Made by a program: the position numbers and the translations under genes. This document shows, piece by piece, positions 1 to 12,559 of a DNA stretch of 64,000 nt (positions are counted from its first letter, which is position 1; the number at the start of each line of letters is the position of its first letter). Source of the DNA: Camelus ferus (Eukaryota); contig NC_045697.1 in assembly GCF_009834535.1 (NCBI RefSeq), positions 98,458,001 through 98,522,000 on the forward strand. The letters run 5' to 3'. A model generated the notes under the pieces. The model was not told the origin of the DNA and did not search any database. It saw only the letters and a list, made by a program, of their open reading frames with translations.

Positions 1-472
1 TCCTCCTGGTATTCACCCCCTTGTAATGTTCCCTCCCATGTTGGACAAGGGTTGATCTGTGTGACCAAAAGGAAGATGACAGAAGTAACCATCAGTCACT
101 TCTAAGACTAGGTTATAAGAGACACTGAGCCTTCCATCTTGGTTGCGCTCTAGTGCTCTTTCTCAAGTCACTCACTTTGGGGGAAGCCAGCTGCCATGAT
201 GTGAGCAGTCCAATAGGAAGGTCCATTTGGTGAGGGACTGAATCCTCCTACCAAAAGCTTTAATGTTTACCAAAATAAGGGTAAACATTAAAGCAGACTC
301 TCCAGCCCCAGCCAAGCTTCAGATGATTACAAGAGAAACCCTGAGTCTGAACCATCTCACTAAGCTGTTCCTGGATTCATGACCCATAGAAACTGTGAGA
401 AAAGAATTGTTTATTATTTAAAGCTGCAAAGTTTGGGGGTGACTTTTTACATGACAATAGACAACTAATACA
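1..472 (+). mobile_element. ERVL-MaLR LTR (MLT1F-like), truncated by window start
   Basis: Matches MLT1F blocks ctcctggtattcac..., ggggaagccagctgccat, ccctgag...gacccatagaaactgtgag and the terminal aagtttggggg...caatagacaactaataca. Confidence 0.85.
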
Positions 473-479
473 CAGGGGA

Positions 480-1150
480 TCCATTCCAGAAGAGAAGTAA
501 AAGAAATTCTCAAGTTAAGGAAGCCCCAGGACAAAAGCCAGGAAGCAATCTCAAAGAGATTCAATCTAGATCTGAGCAGGAAGCCAGAGGGCTCTGGGAA
601 GGATGTCTGAAAAAAAAAAAAGAAAGTGGAACTGACAGATTATCTCCTGCATTTTATGGCAGAGAAAAGTTGCATTCACTTACTTCAATGCAAATATATA
701 TTTAATTACATTCACAGACACTTCAGTTACAGGCTGAAGTGTTAACAGGTATATGAAAAGGTGAGCAGAAGAAAAATTGTAATTATTAACTCTAGGGACA
801 AAAAAAGAAGATTGTTCAAGAAAGAAAATATAACTGAAGCACATACTATAGTAGCCCAAACGTGAACAATATTTATAAAATCATAGTAATAATTTACCCC
901 TAAGCTGTAATAACTCTACTTAGAGTATAAAGAAATCAAAGGGTGTATAGTAGGGAAGGAGTGGATGACAGGGTTTGCAGTTTAAAAATTGTGGTATAAG
1001 TATATTACTGAGAAATTCAAAGGTTAACACCAGGGTAAGAGCTAAAAGAATTGAAAGGGGTTGACACTGGGGAGCAGAAATTGGGGGCAGAGAGGAATGG
1101 AGCCATGTAGTGCTCTTCCACTATAAGTCTTATCATTGTCTTTGTCTTAA
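480..1150 (+). mobile_element. Old LINE 3' region (HAL1/L1ME-like), degraded
   Basis: aattattaactctaggga...aagaaagaaaatataac...gtgaacaatatttataaaatcatagtaat and aaggggttgacactggggag resemble HAL1/L1ME 3' sequence. Confidence 0.55.
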
Positions 1151-1194
1151 AAACAAACAAACAAAAATCCACTTTAATTAAAATAAAATTTTAT

Positions 1195-1535
1195 AAACTT
1201 ATTTACAAACCAGAAGTAGACTCATAGACATAGAAAACAAACTATGGTTACCAAGGGGGAACAGCATAGGGGGAAGGATAAATTTGGAGTTTGGGACTGG
1301 CATATACACCCTACTGTGTACAGAATGGATAAACAACAAAGACATACTATATAGCACAGGGAACTATATTCAATATCTTGTCATAACCTATAATATAAAA
1401 GAATCTGAAAAAGAATATATATATATGTATATGTATAGCTGAATCACTTTGCTGTACACATGAAACTAACACAACATTGTAAATCAACTACACATCAATT
1501 TTTAAAATTTCAAAAATATATAAATGAATAAAAAG
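1195..1535 (+). mobile_element. L1 3' end (cetartiodactyl type)
   Basis: agactcatagacatagaaaacaaact...atagcacagggaactatattcaatatcttg...gaatcactttgctgtacac...aacattgtaaatcaacta followed by A-rich tail. Confidence 0.9.
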
Positions 1536-1786
1536 TTAACAGTCTCTACCTAGCAAAGGACAAAAATCTGTACACTTAATAAATCATAAAATAGAAAATT
1601 TCTTCACATATTTGTCAGTAACCACCAGAAGATACCAAAAATAGAAATGTCAGATGTGGTTTCCTCTAGGAGGTAGGACTGGGAATGGCCTTCTGATATG
1701 TACTTCTGTGTTACAAACTTATCCCACAGCTTAGTAGCTTAAAACAAAAAGAATCAGGACTGAAAACAAAAACAATGCAGGGCTTG

Positions 1787-2258
1787 TGTCGACTTAAAAA
1801 AAAAAAGCACACAATGTGAAAACTATGAGTTCAGTTTTTATCTGGGGACCTACTGAGAACAATAGCCTGGGAGACAGTGCTGAGTGACTGCCCTGAAGAG
1901 GTAGCGGGGAAGGTCAGTATATAAACATGATTTGGCGAGGCGGGTATGTGCAGTCAAGCACACATCTTGGTGGAAGTTTGCCGCTAGTCATGAGGAGCAG
2001 ATGTCTCCGTTAATTATTTTAGTGCTTTTCTAGGTATGAGAAGATGAAAGAAAGAAATTGGGTTCAAAAATTTTTCTTCTGAAAATACCTAACTATCTGA
2101 AGGCCTGTCCCACCCATTTTTCCCAGGGCCCAGAGTGCCTCATTCCTGATCTCCACCCTGAACTCCTTTCTGTCAGGGTATATTGGAGGTCATTGGCTGA
2201 AGCAGCTAACATCTCATCTTTGTAGAGCTGAGTGGCAAGCGACATTCTTCAGTTGGCA
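1787..2258 (-). mobile_element. Solo LTR, ERV1 class (MER41/MER4-group-like), nested in an MLT1 remnant
   Basis: TG...CA termini with imperfect inverted ends (tgtcgact / agttggca); exact 4-bp TSD CTTG at 1783-1786 and 2259-2262; flanks rejoin as MLT1-like gcagggcttg|gcagggaagatctgtctc. Confidence 0.75.
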
Positions 2259-2716
2259 CTTGGCAGGGAAGATCTGTCTCTGTTCTATGCAGGGCCGCTG
2301 GGAGAACTCATCTTGGGCCACAGCTACACAGTCTCTGAGTGCCTGGTCTTAAATTCTGACTCCTTGTGTTCTGCCTTAAGCCCACACTAAATTTCTAATG
2401 TGACTTTCTTCCTTCATGCTGTTTTGCAAACTTGCTGTCAGCCCCTGGATATACAAGAAAAAATCACCAAGGTTAAAGACAGACTAAGGGCCATGAAATA
2501 CATGTAGATCCTGGCCTGAAGGGCTCTGCTCTCTCAGGAGCTGAAGTCTAGAGAGAGGCAGGAGGGTTGAAAGCGTTAGTGAGAAGATGGTTCCCCTACG
2601 TGAGGCATCCCTCATTGTTCAGGTTTCCTCTCTGAGCCACAGAGATGGGATATTTACACGTTACAGGATGAGACTGAAAATGAGACAGCCCTTTCCTGTG
2701 TCCTGCATGTTTTCAG

Positions 2717-2949
2717 AGAAAAAGAACCACAGCCAACACTGGCCTCCTACCTCACATCTCCTCAAGACCCAAGTTACATGTTTGAATGGCCAGATTGGTG
2801 ACAGAGAAGCTGTCAGTCATGATGCAGAGGCCTGCCCAGAGCAAGCAACTCTAAATCGAAGAATGAAGAAAGAAATGCCATTCATGGACCTCTCTGAAAC
2901 ATCCCAAGATAGAAACTTGACTCCCTCGTATCTAAAGTCAAGTGACTGA
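2717..2949 (+). CDS. Candidate last coding exon of an unidentified gene (upstream exons would lie outside the window)
   Basis: Pyrimidine tract and acceptor ccctttcctgtgtcctgcatgttttcAG (AG 2715-2716), phase 1; frame open as (E)KKNHSQHW...YLKSSD to TGA 2947-2949; unique non-repeat sequence; AATAAA at 3569. Protein not recognised. Confidence 0.4.
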
Positions 2950-3568
2950 ATCTGATTGGGTGACTTTTACAGTTGGACACAGGTGACATTTTTAAGGGTT
3001 GCAACAGAGAACACCCCATTGCTTTGACATTGGGTAGTGAACAGGAAAACAATACAGCTCCAAGTGTAATAGATCTTTCTTAGTGAGAAACAAACTCATT
3101 TTAAAACAATTTTGCTTCATGTGAGTTATGGTGACTTTTAAAACGGTTTCTTTCTTTTCTTCTTTTTTCTTTTTGCTTTGCTTTGCTTGTTTTCTTTTGT
3201 CTGAAATGCTACTACAGTAATAATATGAAATATAAACTAGGCTAAAGCTTTTCTATTCTCTATATGAGTCATGATTAGCAATTACAACAGAAGAAATAAT
3301 TTGGATTCCCCTGCTATCCAAAAGTAGAGCTATTCCTATGGCTCCTATGTAAGCCAAAACAGCATAAAGCAAAAAAGTAAGTACCTTAGGACATATCTTA
3401 CTAAGAATGTGCAAAATAAATAGAGATAAAGCACAGATTCTCACAGACACAGTTCAAAGCTATGGCAGCTTGATGCTAAGATGCTGAGTGTAGTTCCCTG
3501 GGAAGGAGCTTGGTGGCGCCACTCTTGCTGTTCAGGGTCCCCTACTGCTTCTATAACAGCTTCTGCAA

Positions 3569-3610
3569 AATAAACACTGAACGCTATTTTCACTTTTTGC
3601 TTCTTTTCAG
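3569..3610 (+). terminator. Candidate polyadenylation signal with downstream U-rich element
   Basis: AATAAA 3569-3574 followed by tattttcactttttgcttctttt. The same tract ends in cag (3610) and could instead be a splice acceptor. Confidence 0.35.
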
Positions 3611-4104
3611 AAATGTGAAAACCCTCGGGATTTATCTAGGTTAGTGAAAATAGGTACTAATACAAGTCTTCTGTAAAAGCCAAGTGGCGTAAAGCGAACA
3701 TTCAAAAAGTCGGGGGTACCTGTACAGCAAGGATAAGGGCAATCAGCAGGAAATACCAAGATCTTAGCCTCTTCCTCATCAAAGTCTTTTTCTAGATTTA
3801 CTAACACTCCCTCTGTCAAGGATACTTACATATAACTTAATGACTTTTAAAAAAATACAAAAAAAACCATGTTTAGGCCTCCTCTTAAGTTACCTTCCTT
3901 TACTGAGATCTGTGAGATGTCTACTCTTTTACATGTATTTAAAAATCCAAAGGGGACTGCTAACCTGAAATTTCTAAATATACAAGAGGATGTACGATAT
4001 GTAAATTAATTAATCAAGAGTTGCCATTAGATTAGAGAAGACTAAAGAAAGTTTCTAACAAGAAGATAGTATTCTTTTCACCTCCAGAGTTCTGCCCCAT
4101 TTCT

Positions 4105-5355
4105 CTAATAGAAAATGTTTATTGAGGAAGTATGTTTCAGGCCATTTAAGCAGAGATTTTAGGCCTTGGGGGACATAGCAATATTCTGGTTGTCTATTGC
4201 TGCTAAATGAAAGATCCCAAAATTTAGTGGCTTCAAAAAAAACAATCATTTTATTATTATACCACATAGTTCTGGAGGTTGACTAGGATAACCTAGGCAG
4301 TTGTCTGTTGGGGTGTCTGATATAGTTGCAGTCAGCTGGTGACTAGAGTCATCACAAAGGCTTCCTTAGTCACGTGTCTGGCAGTCAACGCTGGACCTCA
4401 GCTGGGGGTTTCGCTACATCAGTTAAACATAGCCTGGGCTTCCTCACAGCATGGTGGCTGTTTCGAGACTTTAAGAAATCCCAAGAGGACCAGGGGAAGC
4501 TGTATCATCTTCTGTGAGTTAGCCTTGGAAATCACAGAGCATCATTTCTGCCAATAGTCACAGACCTGCCAAGATTCAAGGGGAAGAAGCACAGATTCCC
4601 CACGTCTCTTGATGGAGGAACGACAATGTCACCTTCTAAGAAGACAGGAGATCTGTGGCCATCTTGGAAAATTCAAACTGCCATGAGAAGTGAAAAACAT
4701 ATATAAAGTCTCTGCCCTCATTCATAGGTTTAGGGGCAGGAGGAGCCTGGCAATAAGCAGATCCAGAGATGAACACAGGAAATATCAGGTGATGATAATT
4801 CTAGGAAGAAGAATAAGGGAAAGAAAAGGGTACTGAGGGTATCATCTATTTTTGTGAAGAGTAGTCACAAAAGTCTTCTCTGAAAAGGGGCCATTTAAGC
4901 AGAGATTCTGGACCAAATGGGCAACTGAGCCTTGCAGATAGTGGGGCAAGAACATTCCAGGTGGAATAGACAGCAAGTCCAAAGATCACAGGGGGAGACG
5001 GTGCTTCATGTGATCAGGGGATGCCAGGAAGCCAGCGTGGTGGGAACAGAGGCCAGGACTCAAGAGGCGGGCAGAGAGGTTGCTGGGGACCGATCTCACA
5101 GGGCCTTTGGCCACGATGAGAACCATGGCCTTTGCTATGAGTGAAATGAGAAGCCATGGAGAGTTTCTAGTGGGGGAATGGCAAAATATAGGAATCGTCT
5201 GGCTGCTGAGTGACAAAAAGAGGCCCAGCTGCTAGATCTACAGTGAAAGTGGGAGACCTAGTGGAGAGACTTACAATCATCTGGGTATGAGATGATGGCG
5301 CCTCCGATGAGGTGTTATCAGAGGAGGTGGTGAGACGTGGTTGGGTTCTGATGCT
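4105..5355 (-). mobile_element. L2 (L2a-like) fragment interrupted by an MLT1 LTR
   Basis: 3' end aaatgtttattgagg...ggggacatagca (4105-4180) resumes at ~4690 (aaagtctctgccctcat...aacattccaggtggaatagacagcaag...gagtgaaatgagaagccatggagagtt). Confidence 0.8.
4181..4685 (-). mobile_element. ERVL-MaLR LTR (MLT1H-like)
   Basis: tctattgctgc...cccaaaatttagtggcttcaaa...gggcttcctcacagcatggtggctg...agattcaaggggaag...gccatcttggaaaa. Confidence 0.8.
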
Positions 5356-7946
5356 AAAAATACCAAACTCCATTTTTTTTAGCATTCAGATAATAAGCCA
5401 TCTGTATTGATCTAAATATTAAAACCTTGGCTTAATCAACATTGAAAGATCCAAATGTATCAATTATCCTTGGGCTGCGTAACACAAGCAAATTTTCTTT
5501 TAACATAGCATTATGGGTTATCTCAAAAGCTTTGGAAAACTTTTTCCTTCTACAACTTTACTATTTTTCCCTCCTGTGAAATCGTCTAATCTGCATATCC
5601 AAAGTGAAATGCAAAATTAAGGCACTCAGCACTGAGGCCAAAAAACATTTGACTGAAATATCTAGGCAATTGAAGAAAAACGTTTTAGGGCATCCATTGG
5701 ATGTAGGCAGTTACCGCAAATTTCCACTTCCCTTTACATCTGCCAATAACAGCAGAAGCTGGGGTGGAACTCATGGGTAAGAAAAATGTCACCCCTGTGA
5801 GGTAAATGGCCTGTGGGACAAGAGAATAAGTCACTCTTCAGGGTACTGGGTGCCCTAAAGGAGGTCAGCCCCTCCCACACATTAGATCACTTTATTCCCA
5901 GGGAGGTTTACGTTCATACCGGATCATTGACCACACAGTCAGGACGGTTAGGCAGCTCTTAATAGATTATGGGTTATTTCTTTATTATGTTTACTAAATG
6001 GTGGTACATCTAATCATTTTTATCACGTAGGGAAATTTCATGAGGTCTCTCTGGCCGAGCCAAATCCCCAAACAGGATTCCCTGTTTATTCCCTTATGCC
6101 GTAACTAAAAGTCAGCTGAACCAATTAAAGAGTACATAATAAGCCAATTAGTAGTTCCTTACTTTTCTTAATGACTGGATAATGTGTGCCTGCTCAGATT
6201 ACAGCTCATTTGAGAAGATTCCTTGCTATGTTACTGCTACAATTTGGCATTATTTTATTTCTTTCAGTATCCACAGCATTAATCCTCCTTTGAGAAGAAG
6301 CTCCTTTGAGATTCCATAGAAATTGAGCTTGTCCATACAAGATAATCATTCACCCTTCAAGTCCAGCATCATGACCATCAGTCTGAATTGCTGCGACAGG
6401 GCTCCCCTTTCAAAACTAAGCTGAAGCCAAACCACATCCTGAAGACAAGACCCTTCCCTGGGGAAACAGCTGACACTTTGGATATAAGGGCTTTGGGGCC
6501 CCTGTTTTCAAACTTACACTATTAATCTTGCTACCACCAGAGGTTAATCACTATGTTCTGTGAGGCTCTTTTTGCCTTGATCCATTCACCAAGATCAAAC
6601 ATGCAAATAAGCAAAACCTATCCAAGGCCAAGGCCAAGATTCTATCCATGGATTATGGGGAAAGAGAAACTCTTGGATTATTGCAAAATAGCCAGCTCAA
6701 AGAAAAAAAAAAAGGAAAAAAAATTTTGTAACTTTGTCAACATTTATTTTCACCAAACAACTCATTAAATCACTATAAAAGTCAACACATATGGTCAGAT
6801 ATGACAGTTTAAATTCCAGAAAGAGTTACAAGTCAAGTTAAACTCATAATACATAATGTAGTCTGGGTGTCTCATCCATGAATTATAACATTTTTATTAC
6901 ATCCCAACTGCAAATTTACCAACTTCTTCCCTGTCCTGCCAATCTCTTGATTAAATGGGGGACTGTTTGGCATTATGAAAATATATTATAGTAAAAGATG
7001 ACTCCATCATGTGTCTTGCTTATTTCAGTATCCTTATTTAAAGCTTCATCACTAGAGCAGCTGGCCCAAAATGAATTGTTGGTATTACAAAGTGACAGCA
7101 ATAAGGACAAAACAGGAAAAAAAATTTTTTTTTGGCCAAAAAAGGCCCATGTTCCACAGTCATTACCCTGCTGTGTCTCACTGTATCTTTCTCTAACATT
7201 TGTGTCCCTTCAATACTTGGTGTCCATTTTGATCACTTTTGTTCCTTCTCTTCAAAGTTATTCTTGCTTTACAGGTCCAATTCCCATGGGCCCAACTGAA
7301 GGGTATTTTATTCCATGTCTTACACTGATAATGGGGCAATAACTTGTACCCATCAAGTTTCCTCATAAAATGGTTTAATGTCTTGAAGCAGTGCCAGTAT
7401 GTCAGCTGAGGGAGAGAATCAAGTAGACATCATTTCACATTTATCGGAGACCCACAGTGCATTAAATACTTATAAAGAACTTGCTTAAAAATTATCTTCT
7501 TTTAGAAGTTTAGACTCTAAAACCAAAGGACATATAAATCTTTCAAAATATAAATAATAAGTACTTACGTATTGATCAGCTTTAATAGTTTTGTTTTATT
7601 TATATTTGTTTTGGATTAAAGTGGTTTGTTCAATTTTTCTAGTTGCAAATAAGTACATATTTATTACAGAAAAATTTGAAAATAAAAAGTTCTAAAATAG
7701 AAAGAAAGAAAGAATTACCCACAATCCCAATACCCAAAGATATGGAGTGGTAACATTTTATAGTTTTCACAATTCTGATGTATGGTATCCATTCATAGTA
7801 AAAGAGAAAAAAGTGCATTCTGGTGGAATTTTTCTCAAGGAGAAACCATCTTTGTTTAGGAACACTTCTGAATAAACATGTTTGATTATAAACTTGAAGC
7901 CCACAAGGCTTGGCTTGAATCTTCTAAGACAAGACAAAAGAATATC

Positions 7947-8559
7947 TAAATGGGTTCAGCCACTATGGAAAACAGTATGGAGAGCCCTTAAAAAACTGAA
8001 AATAGACTTACATATGATCCAGCAATCTCACTCCTGGGCATATACCCAGAGGAAACTCTAATTCAAAGAGATACATGCACCCCAATGTTCAGAGCAGCAC
8101 TGTTTACAATAGCCAAGAGATGCAAGCAACCGAAATGTCCACTGACAGATGATTGGATAAAGAAAATGTGGTATACTTATACAGTGGAATACTACTCAGC
8201 CATAAAAAAGAATAAAATAACGCCATTTTCAGCAACATAGGTGGACTGGGAGATCATCATACTAAGTGAAGTAAGTCAGACAGAGAAAGAAAAGTACCTC
8301 ATGATATCACTTATATGTGGAATCTAAAAAAAGGGGTGGGGCACAAATGGACTTATTTACAAAACAGAAACAGACTCATTGACATAGAAAACAAACTTAT
8401 GGTTACCCACGGGGTATGGGAGTGAGAAGGGATAAATTGAGAGTTTGGGATTTGTAGATACTAACTACTCTATATAAAATAAACAACAAAGCCCTACTGT
8501 ATAGCACAGGGAACTATATTCAATACCTTGTAATGAAATAGAATATGAAAAGGAATATA

Positions 8560-8590
<31 letters not shown>

Positions 8591-8690
8591 TAAATATACA
8601 CACACATATATAAAGGAATCACTATGCTCTACACCAGAAATTATCACAACATTATAAATCTACTATACTTCAATGAAAAAAAAAGAAAGA
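7947..8690 (+). mobile_element. L1 3' fragment (ORF2 C-terminus + 3' UTR + A tail)
   Basis: cagccactatggaaaacagtatgg...tatgatccagcaatctcactcctgggcatata...gtatagcacagggaactatattcaa...poly(A). Confidence 0.92.
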
Positions 8691-10265
8691 AAAGAAAATT
8701 TCCCTTTCTAGCAGCTTGGCTTTGTGTAGATGCGTAAGTCTCAATGGTCCTAGAAGTAACTGTCATAAATATTTCAGAAAAACTAGAAAATATTGAGGTG
8801 ACATCATATTTTATTCTGACATAAATAACATCACTACTGTAGGTGAGTTTATAAATATTTCCTTAGATTCTTTAGAATTCCTTAAAAGCAAAGGAGGGGC
8901 TTAACTTGTGTAACAACACTTGAAAGCCCAGACAACAAACCAAAATTAAGAGAACAGTTGACAAATTTATTTGAATTACCTTAGTTATACTTTATGCAAC
9001 AATGATAAGACTAGCAATTTAACCTGGTGGATATAAAAAACAGCTATTCTAAAGTATAGGTAAAAATAATTTACAGGTCAATAAACACTGTAGCCTTTCA
9101 CGGCTACTTACATGTGAGCAATTGTTATTAAAAATCTTAGAGCACAATTTAAAAATATGAATATCTAAATAGTTTTCCCCTAGAAGTGGACAGGAATCAT
9201 AACCTAGGAGGAAAGAGGAGAAATTAAAGAAGAGAGAGGTGCCCCTGGCATGGTAGAAGAAATGACCAGTGCTTTTTAAGGCAGGTCTATCTAAAGGTTA
9301 GAATATGAATGTCTAATATGCTTTTAATAGAAGCAATAAACACAGACACTCTAACCCTCCAGGTCAACCACTATCAACTGCTAAATCTTCATAAAGTCTG
9401 CAATACACAGCAGCTAAAGTTGGTGGGACTTTGGAGAGAAAAGACATTGGATAAGGGCAGTATGCATCAGGATAATATCAGGCAAGAAAAGAAACAACAT
9501 CCAAGAGGGCAAAATGCAAAACGGAAATAAAATCTGGAACCAAAGTAGGAACTCACAGCCAGAAGGGAAGATGGAAAATGTGACTTCCCTGGAATCCTAA
9601 AGATAATGGAAGAAACACCGAGTTTCCCATTGGAATGGAGACATAAACCAAATTTTATTTAAATATCCAAGACAGATGACCCCCAGTAAGGCAGGAGTTT
9701 CAGACCTGATATCTGGATTACATTTTCAAGAAAATACTGGAAGCTTTAAATGATGATGGTGGTGGTGGTGGTGCTTACACACTTAAAGGGGGATGTGATG
9801 AAAAAGACATGAGAGTGTTCTAAAAATACTGTTCAGTCAATCAAGTAAACAGATAAAATTCCAGTATTTGCCAAGCACTTCCAGAGACAGTTTGCTCAGG
9901 TGGAATGAACACAATCCTGATTGCATCCAGTTTCAGATCTGGTCCATTAACAGCTTCTGAACCCACTCTCCCTATCTACGGTTAGCTCTATGGAGAATCT
10001 TTGGCATTGGTTACACAGTAATGAGGGAGGAGTGTAGAAGTTGAGAGAGAAAGGGATCAACGAAGTATGAATCCATTTGTGTTATTACCACATGCTCTGC
10101 CTTGAATCACAGGAATATAACCCTTGATTCACATATAAAACCACATAGGTGGTACCAAGTATAGTTCAGCAATCAGGTAAGGGAAAGTCACCAAAAGTTA
10201 GAAGAGTCAGAGATGTTTGATAACATAAGTGAACCTTTAAAGAATGTACAGAATGTCAGTGGAAA

Positions 10266-10361
10266 ATGAAAGAAAGAAAGGAAGAAAGAAAGAAAGGAAG
10301 AAAGGAAAAAAAGAAGGAAGGAAGGAAGGAAGTTTTTAAAAGAAAAGAAAAAAGGAAAAAA
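10266..10361 (+). repeat. GA-rich (GAAA/GGAA) simple repeat within a degraded L2
   Basis: gaaagaaagaaaggaagaaagaaagaaagg... directly visible. Confidence 0.85.
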
Positions 10362-10960
10362 GACAAGGATTTATTATGGCTTGGAATATGGTTAGATAGG
10401 AAGAGAGTAACTCTGTCAAACAGAAAGCTCAGGTTGGAAATTCAGAGTAGGATCAGATGATGATGGCTAAGAAGAAGACTGTCTTAATTGTCTCAATTTA
10501 TTAGGAAACAGAGAACCAATGTAGATCCTTGATCAGGGACTGCCATGAGCAAGTGATAAAAATTGCATATTTTTATCATGATAAAAGTGGAATATTCGAA
10601 AGATATATTTTTACTCAGAGTTACAGGGATAAAATACAGTATGGAGAACACAGAAAAGGTTGCTATAGTAATACAAGTTGAAAGTGAGGACGGATGTGAC
10701 CAAGTGGGCTCAGCAGCGCCATCTTCATGTAATGGCTGTATTTACTAGGCACCTGAGAGGAGTTCCACAAAGGAACAAGAATTTAAGTGCCTGTTTTTAT
10801 TTTATTGTCTGAAATGCCAATGGACTAACAAGACTAATAGGTCTCATAACACAAAGTAGAGTGGGGAGAATAGGGAGATTGTGGGGAGTTATTCAGAATA
10901 AGGAATTTGAGTCAGAAAACAAGCAAACCTAGTATATTTGTTTCCTATTATTGCTGTAAC

Positions 10961-11606
10961 CTTTTTTTTTTTTGCATTTTAAAATTTTTTATTTGTTTTT
11001 CCTTCATATATAGTTTTAACACAATTTTTAAGGGTTACAGTCCATTTACAGTTATTACAAAATATTGGCTCTGTTCCCCATGTACAATACATCCTCGAGC
11101 CTATTTTACACCCAGTAGTTTGTACCTCTCAGCCCCTCACCCCTGTATTGCCCCTCTGCACCCCACGGGTAACCATTAGTTTGTTCTCTATATCTGTGAG
11201 TCTGCTTCTTTTTTATTATATTCACTTAGTTTGTTATATCTTTTAGAGTCCACATATAAATAATAGCATATAGTATTTGTCTTTCTCTGACTTATTTCAC
11301 TTAGCATAATGTCCTTCAAGTCCATCCATGTTGCTGCAAATGGCAAAATTTCACTCTTTATTATGGCTGAGTAATATTCCAGGGTATGTATGAACCACAT
11401 CTTCTTTATTTGTTCATCTGCTGATGGACACTTAGGATGCTTCCATACTTTGGCAATTGTAAATAGTGCTGCTATGGTCATTGGAGTGTGTCTTTTCAAA
11501 CTAGTGATTTGATTTTTTTCAGATACATATTCAGGAGTGGCATTGCTCGATCATATTTTTAATATTTTGAGAAACTTTTGTCCTGTTTTCCACAGTGGCT
11601 TCACTA
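10961..11606 (-). mobile_element. L1 3' fragment inserted in an MLT1 remnant
   Basis: Starts with poly(T); ORF 11188-11499 translates as L1 ORF2 C-terminus (IAALFTIAKVWKHPKCPS...); TSD ctgtaac 10954-10960 and 11607-11613. Confidence 0.9.
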
Positions 11607-12520
11607 CTGTAACAAATTATTACAAAGTTAGTCACTTGAATAACACAAATCACCTTACTGTTGTGGAAGTCTGTCAACAGCATCCTCTGTTTAGCCAGAA
11701 CCTTGTCATGTGGTCACACTCGGCTGGGAGGTAAAGTTATAAGGCTCTGAGATGGGCCAGCCAGGCAGCAATATCTGTGACATCCCATGAAACTATCTCC
11801 TTAGCGGAATTGGAGAGCTTTCAAATGGAAACAAGTCATTGCTTCAAAATCACATACCAAGAATGAGGCAAAGGAGGGAGAGGAAAGAGAGGAGATGGAA
11901 AAATATTTCCTTCTAGAGAACAACTGCGTGATATTTGATAGCATTTATGGGACATCAGAGACTGTTTCCTAGTGAGCTGGTGGCATGTTTTTCCCTGGAG
12001 ATATTTAAGGATTTTCAATTGCAATCAAGTGAATGGAAATGTTTTATAATTTCTCTCCTACCAGAAAGCAAGGAAATTGACAAAATAGTCCCCTGAGTTT
12101 AATCCCAATCTGTGCTTATGGAATATTAGGTTTCTATCTTTTCGGAACTGCTTGGGGAATTGTTCCTGACAATAACCCACAAGCTCCAAGTACAGAAATA
12201 AGGCCAAGAGGGAAAAAAGCCAGATACTTAAAAAATGACACTGACATATTCCCAGGGATATATCAATGTTGTGAATGGTTTGATATAAGTCATTTTGTGT
12301 TTGAACAAGAATTTTAGGGTCAATATTACCTGTAATAAGTCGAATTCCACACATGGGCTTCCTCCATAGCCCCAAACATGCAAATCCAAGGTGGAAGTAA
12401 AGAAAAAACAATCATGGAATCTTCCAAGAATCTAGTCACTTAGGAGAGAATATTATCATCCCAAATATTCAGTGATAACTATCCAATTGAAAGAGAGAAT
12501 GTTTATGTGTGTGCATATCA

Positions 12521-12559
<39 letters not shown>
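12521..12559 (+). repeat. (GT)n(GA)n compound microsatellite
   Basis: gtgtgtgtgtgtgagagagagagagagagagagagagag. Confidence 0.9.
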
